A DNA stretch of 64,000 nucleotides from an uncultured Candidatus Saccharibacteria bacterium (GTDB taxonomy: Bacteria > Patescibacteriota > Minisyncoccia > Phycocordibacterales > UBA9973). Every line of letters starts with the position of its first letter. Positions within the stretch are counted from its first letter, which is position 1. This document shows positions 35,670 to 44,737 of this stretch, piece after piece. Below the pieces are notes generated by a model, which worked only from the letters and a program-made list of their open reading frames with translations, was not told the DNA's origin and ran no database searches. The stretch is from the NCBI GenBank assembly GCA_964563615.1, contig CAZLWF010000001.1, positions 8,206 through 72,205 on the forward strand, given 5' to 3'. A program made the position numbers and the translations under genes.

Positions 35670-36266
35670 ATGACACCATTTACCGCTAAAGCATTCGTAA
35701 TTCCTGAACTTACAGGCATATCAGTAAAAACAATTGAAGAACACTTGAAGCTCTACCAGGGGTATGTTAAAAATGCCAACCTTATCCTTGAACATATTGA
35801 TGAACTGGCTGGAAATACTGAGAAATATGCCTATGAACTCGGCGAACTACAGCGCAGATTTGCATTTGAATTCGACGGCATGCGAAACCATGAATATTAC
35901 TTTGATGCGCTTGAAGGTGGCGCTAGTTCATTCCCGGCAGATAGTGTACTACAGACAAATATTGAGAAAGAATGGGGCTCATATGAGGCGTGGCTTGCGC
36001 GATTTAAGGCAATTGCACTTACTCGAGGTATCGGCTGGGCAATGCTTTACTATGACAGAAAAACAACAAGACTTATTATGCAATGGGTAGACGAGCAACA
36101 CTTGGGGCAACTGACTGGACTCTCCCCAATCATTGCTCTAGATATGTGGGAACATTCGTATCTTTTTGACTATACACCAGCAGACAAGAAAAAATATGTT
36201 GATGCCTTTTTTGAGAATCTCAATTGGAATAACATTGAAGATAACTTCGAGGAAGCGTTGGAATAA
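35670..36266 (+). CDS. Fe/Mn superoxide dismutase family protein
   Basis: Ligand-region motifs IEEHLKLYQGYV, NHEYYF and LDMWEHSYLFDY are present. Confidence 0.82.
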   Translation: MTPFTAKAFVIPELTGISVKTIEEHLKLYQGYVKNANLILEHIDELAGNTEKYAYELGELQRRFAFEFDGMRNHEYYFDALEGGASSFPADSVLQTNIEKEWGSYEAWLARFKAIALTRGIGWAMLYYDRKTTRLIMQWVDEQHLGQLTGLSPIIALDMWEHSYLFDYTPADKKKYVDAFFENLNWNNIEDNFEEALE

Positions 36267-36275
36267 AGAACAGAA

Positions 36276-37766
36276 TCAAAATGCAGTATCTGTCATTTCA
36301 CTATCTCTACTTCGGTGCATCCGATAGAGCCAATACAAAAGTACGAGATAGAGAATCAATGCGAGCATGAGTGGAAAATGTGACACAACAATCATTGCAA
36401 AAGGAATATGACTCGCAGCAACGACGATAAAAAGTATGCTATGCAGTAATAGATACAATAAGTACCCAAATGGCATAGCAAGCACCGGGCTCGCAAGCCC
36501 AATCACGCCAATAAAAAATCCTAAGAGCATCGCAATAGGTATAAATGGCAAGATAATAATATTCACCGGAAGCGCAATCAAAGAAAAGGTACCCATTTTA
36601 TACAGTATGAGTGGCGCAACGGCAATTTGCGCACCTATTGTTGTTGCAATCATGTCTTTGAGCCACAAAATGCGGATCCATGAAAGTTTCTGCAGAAGTG
36701 TAGGTGTTATCCAAATGATCCCCGCTGTTGCAATAAAAGAAAGCTGGAATGATACATCGAATGCAAGTAATTTTGGATTCCAAAGAAGCATTAATGCCCC
36801 AGCGATAAAAAGTGCACGGGTAATCATGTATGTCCGTCCAGTACGCTTGGCAATAATTGCCAAGAGCGCCATTACGCCTGCCCTGATTGCCGTTGCTTGT
36901 GCACCAGTTGCGAGCACAAACAGTACAATGCCTACGGCCCCTAGACTAAGTGCGAATGTTTGAGAGAGAAAAGACGAAAAAATGTTTTCAATTGCGCGAG
37001 CAACTATTGATACATTGTAACCAGATAGCGCGACAATATGGATTGTACTTGTCGCAATAAATGCATTACGGAGCTCCTGTGATAATCCAGACTTTGCCCC
37101 CAAAAGAATACCTTGTTCAAATATACTTTCAGGTGATGGAACAGCATCACTAATAGCATCACTAAAACGGTCAGTAATTTTATATAACATCAGAAGCAAT
37201 GAGTGTGGGCGAGTGTCTATAACAGTTGCCTTTGCTTTCGGCACCATGAGATACACATCGTCTTTACCGAGATAGGAAACGTAATCAAATTCTTTGCCTT
37301 GATCGGTTTGGAAATTTTCTGGTATCTCGATTATACCTGTAACTTCAAGCGTATCTCCATAAGAAATATTTTCATAAGGACCAACGACGACAAGTACTCT
37401 AACTTTTTTATCTGGCACAAGACTAGCACTCTCAACCATTAACCGTGTGCTCGATTCTCTCACATCTGGTTTTGCAATTACATCTCCTGTAAACGAGACA
37501 TTATCGCCTACCAATTCCTCTAAATAAGGTGGTATACCCATAGTAGTAAACTGTGTACGAACTATGCCAATGGTAAACGAGAGCACAAGTATTGAAATAA
37601 GAAGGAAAACATTTTTGCGCTTTAGAAATACAAATTGCAAAAAGAAAAGGAATATACCAATACCTATGAGTATACAGAGGATAGCAATTTGTATCGAAAC
37701 ATAACTGGCTGTTAGTATCCCAATACCAAACGCAAGCATAACGATAAAAAGTAAATATCGTTGCAT
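36276..37766 (-). CDS. comEC: ComEC/Rec2 competence channel protein (membrane domains only)
   Basis: The 496-aa polytopic protein has an N-terminal OB/DUF4131-like region (GDVIAKPDVRESSTRLMVE) and a competence-domain-like TM bundle. Confidence 0.78.
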   Translation of the reverse strand: MQRYLLFIVMLAFGIGILTASYVSIQIAILCILIGIGIFLFFLQFVFLKRKNVFLLISILVLSFTIGIVRTQFTTMGIPPYLEELVGDNVSFTGDVIAKPDVRESSTRLMVESASLVPDKKVRVLVVVGPYENISYGDTLEVTGIIEIPENFQTDQGKEFDYVSYLGKDDVYLMVPKAKATVIDTRPHSLLLMLYKITDRFSDAISDAVPSPESIFEQGILLGAKSGLSQELRNAFIATSTIHIVALSGYNVSIVARAIENIFSSFLSQTFALSLGAVGIVLFVLATGAQATAIRAGVMALLAIIAKRTGRTYMITRALFIAGALMLLWNPKLLAFDVSFQLSFIATAGIIWITPTLLQKLSWIRILWLKDMIATTIGAQIAVAPLILYKMGTFSLIALPVNIIILPFIPIAMLLGFFIGVIGLASPVLAMPFGYLLYLLLHSILFIVVAASHIPFAMIVVSHFPLMLALILYLVLLYWLYRMHRSRDSEMTDTAF

Positions 37767-37822
37767 ATAAAAATTTTATCATACAATGGATCCTAAGATT
37801 CAAAATTGGGACACTAGCAATC

Positions 37823-38533
37823 TTACTTACTCCACAGTGCTACAAGCTCCTTCTCTTCTTCAAGAGAAAACACTTTTTTGAATTTTGCGCCTTTTTTCCC
37901 TTTGACTCGTTTCTCACATGCCTCCCATGTTTGATCCGAATAACATGCACCATCAACGAGCGAAATATATGCATAGGCTTCACCTTTACGTTTTGGTGCT
38001 TTTGTTTCACTTACTCCAGCTTTACCAAAGAGCCGCACATATTCATCAAACGAGCCTTTATAGAGAAGTGGCGGCGTACCAAGTGCATACGATGTTGCAA
38101 TAAAATCTGCGCGATCATTACCAAACACACCTCGATGGCCACTTACCTTTTGCCACGTTATTTTATTTTTTCGATTTAACCGATAGGTAAGCCCGAGCAA
38201 TGCTTCCCAAATGTCACGGTTTTCAACTCGCTCGCCTGTTTTGGTTTTCCAACCATTTTTCTCCCATGCAAATACCCAGCCAGTAATGCCATTAAGTAAA
38301 TACGTCGAGTCCGTACAGATAATAATTTCACGATCATATTTTTCTTGCTCAAGAAAATACAATGCTTCATGTGCAGCAGTAAGCTCCATACGATTATTTG
38401 TTGTATCAGCAGCATAACCGCCAAGCTCACGAACTATACCAGTTGCATAGAGCACGACAGTTCCCCACCCACCAGGACCAGGATTGCCGCGCGATGATCC
38501 ATCGGTAAATACTGTCGTTATGTCTTGTTTCAT
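37823..38533 (-). CDS. rnhA: Ribonuclease HI fused to a C-terminal hybrid-binding (HBD/viroplasmin-like) domain
   Basis: The RNase H motifs are DGSSRGNPGPGGWG, NNRMELTA, CTDSTY and NDRADFIA. The C-terminal sequence YAYISLVDGACYSDQTWEACEKRVKGKKGAKFKKVFSLEEEKELVALW resembles the RNase H1 HBD. Confidence 0.85.
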   Translation of the reverse strand: MKQDITTVFTDGSSRGNPGPGGWGTVVLYATGIVRELGGYAADTTNNRMELTAAHEALYFLEQEKYDREIIICTDSTYLLNGITGWVFAWEKNGWKTKTGERVENRDIWEALLGLTYRLNRKNKITWQKVSGHRGVFGNDRADFIATSYALGTPPLLYKGSFDEYVRLFGKAGVSETKAPKRKGEAYAYISLVDGACYSDQTWEACEKRVKGKKGAKFKKVFSLEEEKELVALWSK

Positions 38534-38720
38534 TTTTCAAGTATAGCTTTTTATTATAAAAGGAGCATGTGCAAAAACACATTGTGCTATGTGCATACAT
38601 GCTATACTTAACTAAATATAGAGTGATTGATCGTTGTCACAATATATATATTCATTCGTTATTACAGCAGATAAAAATTCTCGATAGAATTTTTACTTAT
38701 TACTAATAAAATACATATTT

Positions 38721-39149
38721 ATGAAAAATAAAATCCTTGTAGGTGCTTTGGCACTTACTATCATGTTTGCAGGAACACAGACATTTGCAGCAACAATTAC
38801 CCCAGCAGATCTTAGTAATCGCATTGAGTCTATGTACGGCCGCATGGCAACTGTCATGGACCGCTTTGACGATCTTATTACAAGAGCGCAAGCAAGTGGA
38901 CGAGATGTTTCCCAAGCACAAAATCTCTTACAGACAGCAGTCGCAAAGCGAGCAACACTTAAAGCTGATATCGATGCACTTAAAGCAATGTTTGGTACAG
39001 CAACTGCGTTTACACCAGAAATGAGAACCCAGGTGACAAAAGTTAAAAACGATTTTATTGATTTGAAACAAACAGTAGCGACCGTTCGAGATTATTTAAA
39101 AACAGCTTTGGAAGCATATCGAGCTAGTCATCCTGTCACTGTAGAATAA
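38721..39149 (+). CDS. Secreted helical protein (paralog 1)
   Basis: A signal peptide (ALALTIMFAGTQTFAAT) is followed by about 110 aa of helical sequence. Confidence 0.55.
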   Translation: MKNKILVGALALTIMFAGTQTFAATITPADLSNRIESMYGRMATVMDRFDDLITRAQASGRDVSQAQNLLQTAVAKRATLKADIDALKAMFGTATAFTPEMRTQVTKVKNDFIDLKQTVATVRDYLKTALEAYRASHPVTVE

Positions 39150-39220
39150 TAAAAAAGTAGCAATTATTAATATATTAATTTCTGATATATATTCTTAAAA
39201 TGTATATATCATCACAACTT

Positions 39221-39481
39221 ATGTCACAAGCAAATCGTTCACAGAAAGGCAATGCAATTATTTGGGTTTTAGTAGCTGTTGTTATTTTGATTGGTGTTTA
39301 CTTCATTGTTAAAAATACAAATCAAAACGCAGTTACTCCATATAATGCTGATATGACAAATACATATCCATCTGACACTTCAAACGGTGCAAGCACAGAT
39401 GCACAATTGGATGCAGATTTTAACAGTGCAAGTAATGATCTCAATAGTATTGATACAAACAATATTGATCAAGGACTCTAA
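39221..39481 (+). CDS. Small membrane-anchored protein
   Basis: The sequence begins MSQANRSQKGNAIIWVLVAVVILIGVYFIV and ends in a D/N/S-rich tail. An alternative start lies at 39200. Confidence 0.45.
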   Translation: MSQANRSQKGNAIIWVLVAVVILIGVYFIVKNTNQNAVTPYNADMTNTYPSDTSNGASTDAQLDADFNSASNDLNSIDTNNIDQGL

Positions 39482-39493
39482 TAAAAGCTAGTA

Positions 39494-39526
39494 CAATAAA
39501 ATCCAGGCATTGCCTGGATTTTATTG
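39494..39526 (+). terminator. Rho-independent terminator
   Basis: The sequence is CAATAAAATCCAGGcattgCCTGGATTTTATTG. Confidence 0.7.
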
Positions 39527-39634
39527 CTTTATATGGACATGTCACTATTTAGTTGGTGATACGTCATACTAGGTGAGAGGCTTAGAAAGCCCTCTGGCAG
39601 AGATCCTGTCACTTATTACCGTAATTATTACATT

Positions 39635-40195
39635 ATGAAAAACACCAAAAAAATTCTTATTAGCACTATCGCTTTATCAATGCTTATGTTTGCCGGTATT
39701 GCCCCAACATTTGCTGCTACAACAGTAGATACAAACGCACGAGCAACTATGAGTACTTCAGATAGAATTATGTCTATCCGAGAAAGATTTAGTGAGTACA
39801 TGACACGCATGGATAACGTTGTAAGTCGCCTTCGAGAAATCAATCAGAAACTCCAGGCTCGAGGTTATGATATGACCCGATACAATACTGAACTTAATCT
39901 TGTCATTGCAAAGCATGATGTTGCAAAAGCAAAAATCATGGCTTTCACAACTGCAGTAAGTGCATACCAAAATGGTCAATCTACAGAAAATGCAAAAGTT
40001 GCTCTTAAAGAAGCTATTGCTGCGATTAAAGATTTTCAAACTGCCGCAAAGGCCCTTCATGCAAATGAAAAAGCTTTCTTTGAAAGCATCAAGGCTAATG
40101 TAAAAGCAGATGCTGCAATTTCAGGAAATCCTGTAAATAGTATCCTCCCAAATTCACTTGAGCTTAACTCAAACATCCAATCTTCACTTCAATAA
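39635..40195 (+). CDS. Secreted helical protein (paralog 2)
   Basis: A signal peptide (ALSMLMFAGIAPTFAAT) is followed by a helical region with the same architecture as 38721-39149. Confidence 0.55.
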   Translation: MKNTKKILISTIALSMLMFAGIAPTFAATTVDTNARATMSTSDRIMSIRERFSEYMTRMDNVVSRLREINQKLQARGYDMTRYNTELNLVIAKHDVAKAKIMAFTTAVSAYQNGQSTENAKVALKEAIAAIKDFQTAAKALHANEKAFFESIKANVKADAAISGNPVNSILPNSLELNSNIQSSLQ

Positions 40196-40207
40196 AAACG
40201 AAGTAAA

Positions 40208-40239
40208 TAAAAAAACACTCCATATGGGGTGTTTTTTTA
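40208..40239. terminator. Bidirectional terminator
   Basis: The sequence is aaaaaACACTCCatatGGGGTGTttttttt. It overlaps the recJ stop codon. Confidence 0.7.
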
Positions 40240-41892
40240 TTGAATAGTCACGATTCGTAAGCGTAATTCTGACTGACCACCAAAATACGAAAGTTCAACA
40301 GTCGCCACCAGGTCAATACGCGAACCTTCTGTAAGACTAACATCAAAAGTATCTACTGTTGTAAAAAAAGCTATAGCTTTTATACTACGTTTACCGTCAC
40401 TAACATGCAGTTCTAAATGATTTTTTTCCTTACCAAATTGCCGTATGCGCTCTATTGTTACTCCAGAAAACAAGAAAGTAGGCTTACGGTTATCACAGCC
40501 AAACGGCGCAAGCTCTGCGAGTGTTGTATACATTTTTGATGTTATATCTGATACAGCCAATTGTGCGTCATACGTAACACTTGATTGCGCAGTATCTTTC
40601 GCAAGAGAGATATAACTTTTCGTTAAATGTTCTTCTAGAAAATGAATTCCTGCTTCTTCCAAAGAAAAGCCACCTGATGCTTCGTGACCACCAAAATGAA
40701 GGAAGAGCGACTCCTTTGCCTGCATGAGTTTAACTACACTGACACTACCGTCGCTTCGACATGAGCCTTTAAGTGTTGTCGATCCATCATGGCTTTCTCT
40801 TCCCCAGACAAAGACTGGTCGCTTATATACGTCACAGAGCTTGCCCGCGACAAGACCAAGCACACCAATACGCCATGCAGGATTCCCTATTACAATAACT
40901 TCTCCGAGCTCACGCTTTTCCAAATGCTTATATGCATCTTTCATGATTTGAGCAACTAACACTTTACGGTCATCATTAATTTTCGAAAGATGCAATGCAA
41001 GCATGTTGCCTTTGGTTTTATCAGTTTCAGACAGAAGCTCAAATGCCCGCATTGGCGAATCCATACGAGATGCGGCATTTAACCTCGGAGTAATCATAAA
41101 TGTAATATCGTCCTCGACCAGATGTCGCTGATCAATTTTAAGATGTGAGAAAAGCGCTCGCAGTCCCGGACGCATTGATTTACGCAAAACCATGAGACCA
41201 TAATATGCAATCACTCGATTTTCGCCCATAAGTGGCACCATATCAGCGAGTGTCGCAAGTCCCGCCATATCGAGTAGCCATTTCTCAAAACCATTTGGAA
41301 TCTTGTAGTACTCTCTATATTTAGAGAGAAACCCTTGGATGTATTTAAAAATAACTCCAGAACCAGCAAGCATAGGATACGGGTATGTATCGCCTTCTTG
41401 CTTTGGATTAAGGAGGGCAAATGCTTTCGGCAGGTCGCCATGCGGTAGATGATGATCTGTGATGATAACATCAATATCATTTGCCTGCGCTTCCGCTACT
41501 TCGACTACAGCGGTCGTCCCCAAATCAATCGTAATAAGTAAATTAACTTTCTCGACAATAAATTGCTTGATCGCATCCATATGAAGTCCATAACCTTCAT
41601 CTTGCCGATCAGGTATATACACTGAGAAATTTGTATAACCAATTTTAGTCAAGAGATCATGCATCATTACCGCACCTGGAATACCGTCACAATCGTAGTC
41701 AGCATAAATGACAATTTTTTGTTTTGCTTCAATAGCTTCATAGAGGCGTACTACCGCACGCTCCATGTTTTTCATACGCATAGGATCATGCATGCCTCGT
41801 TCATATGAAGGATGTAAGAACATTTCTTTATCCTGCATTTCAGTAATGCCCCGTTTTTCTAGTAGTAGATCAATTAGATCTGTAGTTTGCAT
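40237..41892 (-). CDS. recJ: Single-stranded-DNA-specific exonuclease RecJ
   Basis: DHH motifs ADYDCDG, ITIDLG and ITDHH, and the DHHA1 motif GGHEASGG, are present. Confidence 0.9.
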   Translation of the reverse strand: MQTTDLIDLLLEKRGITEMQDKEMFLHPSYERGMHDPMRMKNMERAVVRLYEAIEAKQKIVIYADYDCDGIPGAVMMHDLLTKIGYTNFSVYIPDRQDEGYGLHMDAIKQFIVEKVNLLITIDLGTTAVVEVAEAQANDIDVIITDHHLPHGDLPKAFALLNPKQEGDTYPYPMLAGSGVIFKYIQGFLSKYREYYKIPNGFEKWLLDMAGLATLADMVPLMGENRVIAYYGLMVLRKSMRPGLRALFSHLKIDQRHLVEDDITFMITPRLNAASRMDSPMRAFELLSETDKTKGNMLALHLSKINDDRKVLVAQIMKDAYKHLEKRELGEVIVIGNPAWRIGVLGLVAGKLCDVYKRPVFVWGRESHDGSTTLKGSCRSDGSVSVVKLMQAKESLFLHFGGHEASGGFSLEEAGIHFLEEHLTKSYISLAKDTAQSSVTYDAQLAVSDITSKMYTTLAELAPFGCDNRKPTFLFSGVTIERIRQFGKEKNHLELHVSDGKRSIKAIAFFTTVDTFDVSLTEGSRIDLVATVELSYFGGQSELRLRIVTIQ

Positions 41893-42061
41893 AGAGAAGA
41901 TTGTAGCATATGCAAAATAAAATTTTTTTGTTTTTCAATTTGGAAAATACACAAACAATAAGCTACACAGTCACATACTTGTCACCTATTGCATTTTCTG
42001 GAAAATATATTATAATAATTAGTATTAACCGATTAAGACTAGCCTCTATGGCAATCCATAT

Positions 42062-43780
42062 ATGCAAAAACGTTCAGTATTTTCTTTGTTTACGAAAACT
42101 TGTATCTCTATTTTAGCTGTTATTACTCTCGTAACTGGCAGTAACGCATATGCTATTAAAAATCCGATTAACCCGCCAGTACAAAATAACACTCCTAAAA
42201 ATGTCAGCGCAAGCATAGGCTCTTATATGTCTATGCCAACTACTAGTTTTAGTAACGTAATCAAAAACGATATATATGGAGGCGACAGCAACGAAGTGCA
42301 AGCCGATGCAGTTACTAAAACTCTTGCCGTTTTTCTCATTAACTACACGGACTCAACTCAAAATCCATTTACACCTTCAGAAGCAACTGAGAAAATATTT
42401 AACGGTAATTTCGCAAACTTTTTTAAGCAGGCATCGTATGGAGATGTAGTTTTCGGAGGTGATGTCTATGGCTGGATTACAGAACCAAAGGATTCAAATG
42501 AGTGTAATTTTAATACATCTGCAAGTATTATGCCTGGTTCAGCACTTGCGAATTTCATTGCGGAAAATAGCATCAACCTTGAAGCCTACGACTATACATT
42601 CCTTCTTCATAACTGTCCGGACTATCCTGGATTCAATGGACTTACACAACCAGGTACAAATATTGCAGCAGGTATGGGAAGCACTTGGTGGTACGAAAAT
42701 CTTTGGAGTACATTTACCCCAGAACAGACAGGCCTCGAACGTGTGATGATTCATGAAGTTGGTCATTTATTTGGACTCGATCATGCCAACGGCTATGATT
42801 GCGGCAACACAACAATCAAGGACAAAATTACAGACTGCACAAAAATTGAAACTGGAAACAATTTCGATATCATGGGCAATTCAAGCTATTCATTTGGTTT
42901 GAGTGCATTTGCAAGAAACGCTCTCGGGTGGTTGCCTGACGAAGATGTTGTCACTGTCACGTCTAGTGGAGTATATACTCTCAAACCAGTTGAATCTCGA
43001 ACTGGCACTCGGCTGATCAAAATTACAGCTACCGCACAAGATGGTACAACTATTCCTACTCCCTACACACTTGAATACCATGCTCCTGTAGGATTTGATA
43101 AATCCCTAAGTCAGTTCTCGCCCTTTGGACTTACTCTATCTCGAATCGATTACGGCCAAACATATATTCTCGACGCAAATCCAAGCGAGCTTTCATTTGA
43201 TGATGACATGAAAGACTACACACTCGGCAAAGACGCAAGTTTTTCTGATCCATTATATGGACTAACGATTAGTAATGTCCAAAAAGGAGGCGATGGATCA
43301 ATTTCATTTTCAGTTGATTTGGCAACTCCTACTTCATGCACTGCCTCAACAACCACATCACCAGTCATGTCCTCGTACTGGTCAGTCAAAGAGAATAACA
43401 GCCAAAAAGGTCCTAACACAGTAATATGGGACGACCTTTCACATATAACGATACCGAAATCAAAAGTTGATCTCGATCGACAAATGGTATATGTCCAATT
43501 TAATGAAACGAATAGCAATCCATATTTATGTGGAACGCAAGCCTTTACACTAACTATGACCTCCCCTTCACCGACACTTATTTATCAAAATTATACAGAA
43601 TATGCAGGATCATATTCAAAAGATCTTAATGTTCTTGCCAATAAATACGCCACCCAGTCATTTAATATAATTATTCCAAAAGGCACCACAGCCGGAACCT
43701 ACACTGCAGTTCTTACGGCAAAAAATACTAGTTCAAACGTTGTATCGGAACCTTTTATCTATACAGTTACAGTTGAATAA
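42062..43780 (+). CDS. Secreted metzincin-type zinc metalloprotease
   Basis: A signal peptide is present. HEVGHLFGLDH fits HExxHxxGxxH. The C-terminal region is beta-rich. Confidence 0.72.
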   Translation: MQKRSVFSLFTKTCISILAVITLVTGSNAYAIKNPINPPVQNNTPKNVSASIGSYMSMPTTSFSNVIKNDIYGGDSNEVQADAVTKTLAVFLINYTDSTQNPFTPSEATEKIFNGNFANFFKQASYGDVVFGGDVYGWITEPKDSNECNFNTSASIMPGSALANFIAENSINLEAYDYTFLLHNCPDYPGFNGLTQPGTNIAAGMGSTWWYENLWSTFTPEQTGLERVMIHEVGHLFGLDHANGYDCGNTTIKDKITDCTKIETGNNFDIMGNSSYSFGLSAFARNALGWLPDEDVVTVTSSGVYTLKPVESRTGTRLIKITATAQDGTTIPTPYTLEYHAPVGFDKSLSQFSPFGLTLSRIDYGQTYILDANPSELSFDDDMKDYTLGKDASFSDPLYGLTISNVQKGGDGSISFSVDLATPTSCTASTTTSPVMSSYWSVKENNSQKGPNTVIWDDLSHITIPKSKVDLDRQMVYVQFNETNSNPYLCGTQAFTLTMTSPSPTLIYQNYTEYAGSYSKDLNVLANKYATQSFNIIIPKGTTAGTYTAVLTAKNTSSNVVSEPFIYTVTVE

Positions 43781-43785
43781 ATTAG

Positions 43786-43829
43786 AACAAATCAAAAGCT
43801 CCCGCAGTTGCGGGAGTTTTTGATTTGTT
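43786..43829. terminator. Bidirectional terminator (20-bp stem)
   Basis: The sequence is AACAAATCAAAAGCTCCCGCagttGCGGGAGTTTTTGATTTGTT. Confidence 0.75.
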
Positions 43830-43835
43830 TCGAAA

Positions 43836-44186
43836 TTAGTGAACTTTTAAATCTGCAATTTCCTCTGGCGTCACACTTGGCGGCAGGATATTGTTCTTTA
43901 TTTTTGACACTACGAGATTAGCAACACTTTGCGCTTCGGCTTCAGTCGCAAAGCCAACATTGCCACCGACAGCAGGCTTGGTCGGTTGGTGGACATAGGT
44001 ATTGCCGTCGATCATGATATCGTAACCCCAGGTCTCGTCCTCGTTTTGATAGAGTTTGGCTTCGACAAGAGAATCAACATATGGATTCGACGTCTCTTCC
44101 TTTTTGTTTTTATCAAAATACAAAGCTCCTCCGACAATGACTGTAAGAAAAATGATGACAAGAATTATTTTGTACATAGTGTTCAT
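43836..44186 (-). CDS. Membrane-anchored small protein, DUF4907-like
   Basis: An N-terminal TM segment is followed by WGYDIMIDGNTYVHQPTKPAVGGNVGFATEAEAQSVANLV. From memory this resembles DUF4907, which is mostly found in Bacteroidota. Confidence 0.45.
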   Translation of the reverse strand: MNTMYKIILVIIFLTVIVGGALYFDKNKKEETSNPYVDSLVEAKLYQNEDETWGYDIMIDGNTYVHQPTKPAVGGNVGFATEAEAQSVANLVVSKIKNNILPPSVTPEEIADLKVH

Positions 44187-44313
44187 AATTACAAATTATA
44201 TATCACAAATGGGATTACCTGAAATGTTTAGATAGTCTTTTAAAAATTTGTGTGGGTATTTATTTAAATTTATACAATCTATACTTGGATATTTTGTATG
44301 CTACACTAACTCT

Positions 44314-44715
44314 ATGGAAAACTGTATCTTTTGTAAAATTGTAAGTGGAGAAATTCCTTCGGCAAAGATTCTTGAAGACGATAATTTCATTGCATTCCTA
44401 GGAGTATTCCCAAAATATCCTGGTATGACTGTCATTGCTACTAAAAAACATGTTTCGAGTTACCTGTATCAATCTTTAGATGACAACGAGCTTGCAAGTA
44501 TGCATCTTTTTACTAAACGTATAGCACGAGCGATTGATAGATCCCTTGGTTCAAGAAGATGCATGCAAGTCATGGAAGGTTTGGAAGTTGACCATGGTCA
44601 TTTAAAATTATTCCCATGCTACGAAGACAAAGATGACTGTATGGGTGAGGGCAAAGAAATGACATCTATCGAAGTACTACTACCAGTCGCAGAGAAAATA
44701 AAAAACGTCTTATAA
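44314..44715 (+). CDS. HIT-family protein with variant histidine triad
   Basis: The sequence begins MENCIFCKIVSGEIPSAKILEDDNFIAFL. The triad region is DHGHLKLFP, i.e. H-x-H-x-K instead of H-x-H-x-H. The start is the ATG at 44314. Confidence 0.78.
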   Translation: MENCIFCKIVSGEIPSAKILEDDNFIAFLGVFPKYPGMTVIATKKHVSSYLYQSLDDNELASMHLFTKRIARAIDRSLGSRRCMQVMEGLEVDHGHLKLFPCYEDKDDCMGEGKEMTSIEVLLPVAEKIKNVL

Positions 44716-44726
44716 GACGTTTTTTA
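44700..44726. terminator. Palindromic terminator
   Basis: The sequence AAAAACGTCTTATAAGACGTTTTT overlaps the HIT stop codon. Confidence 0.55.
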
Positions 44727-44737
44727 TTTTCTCTTAT

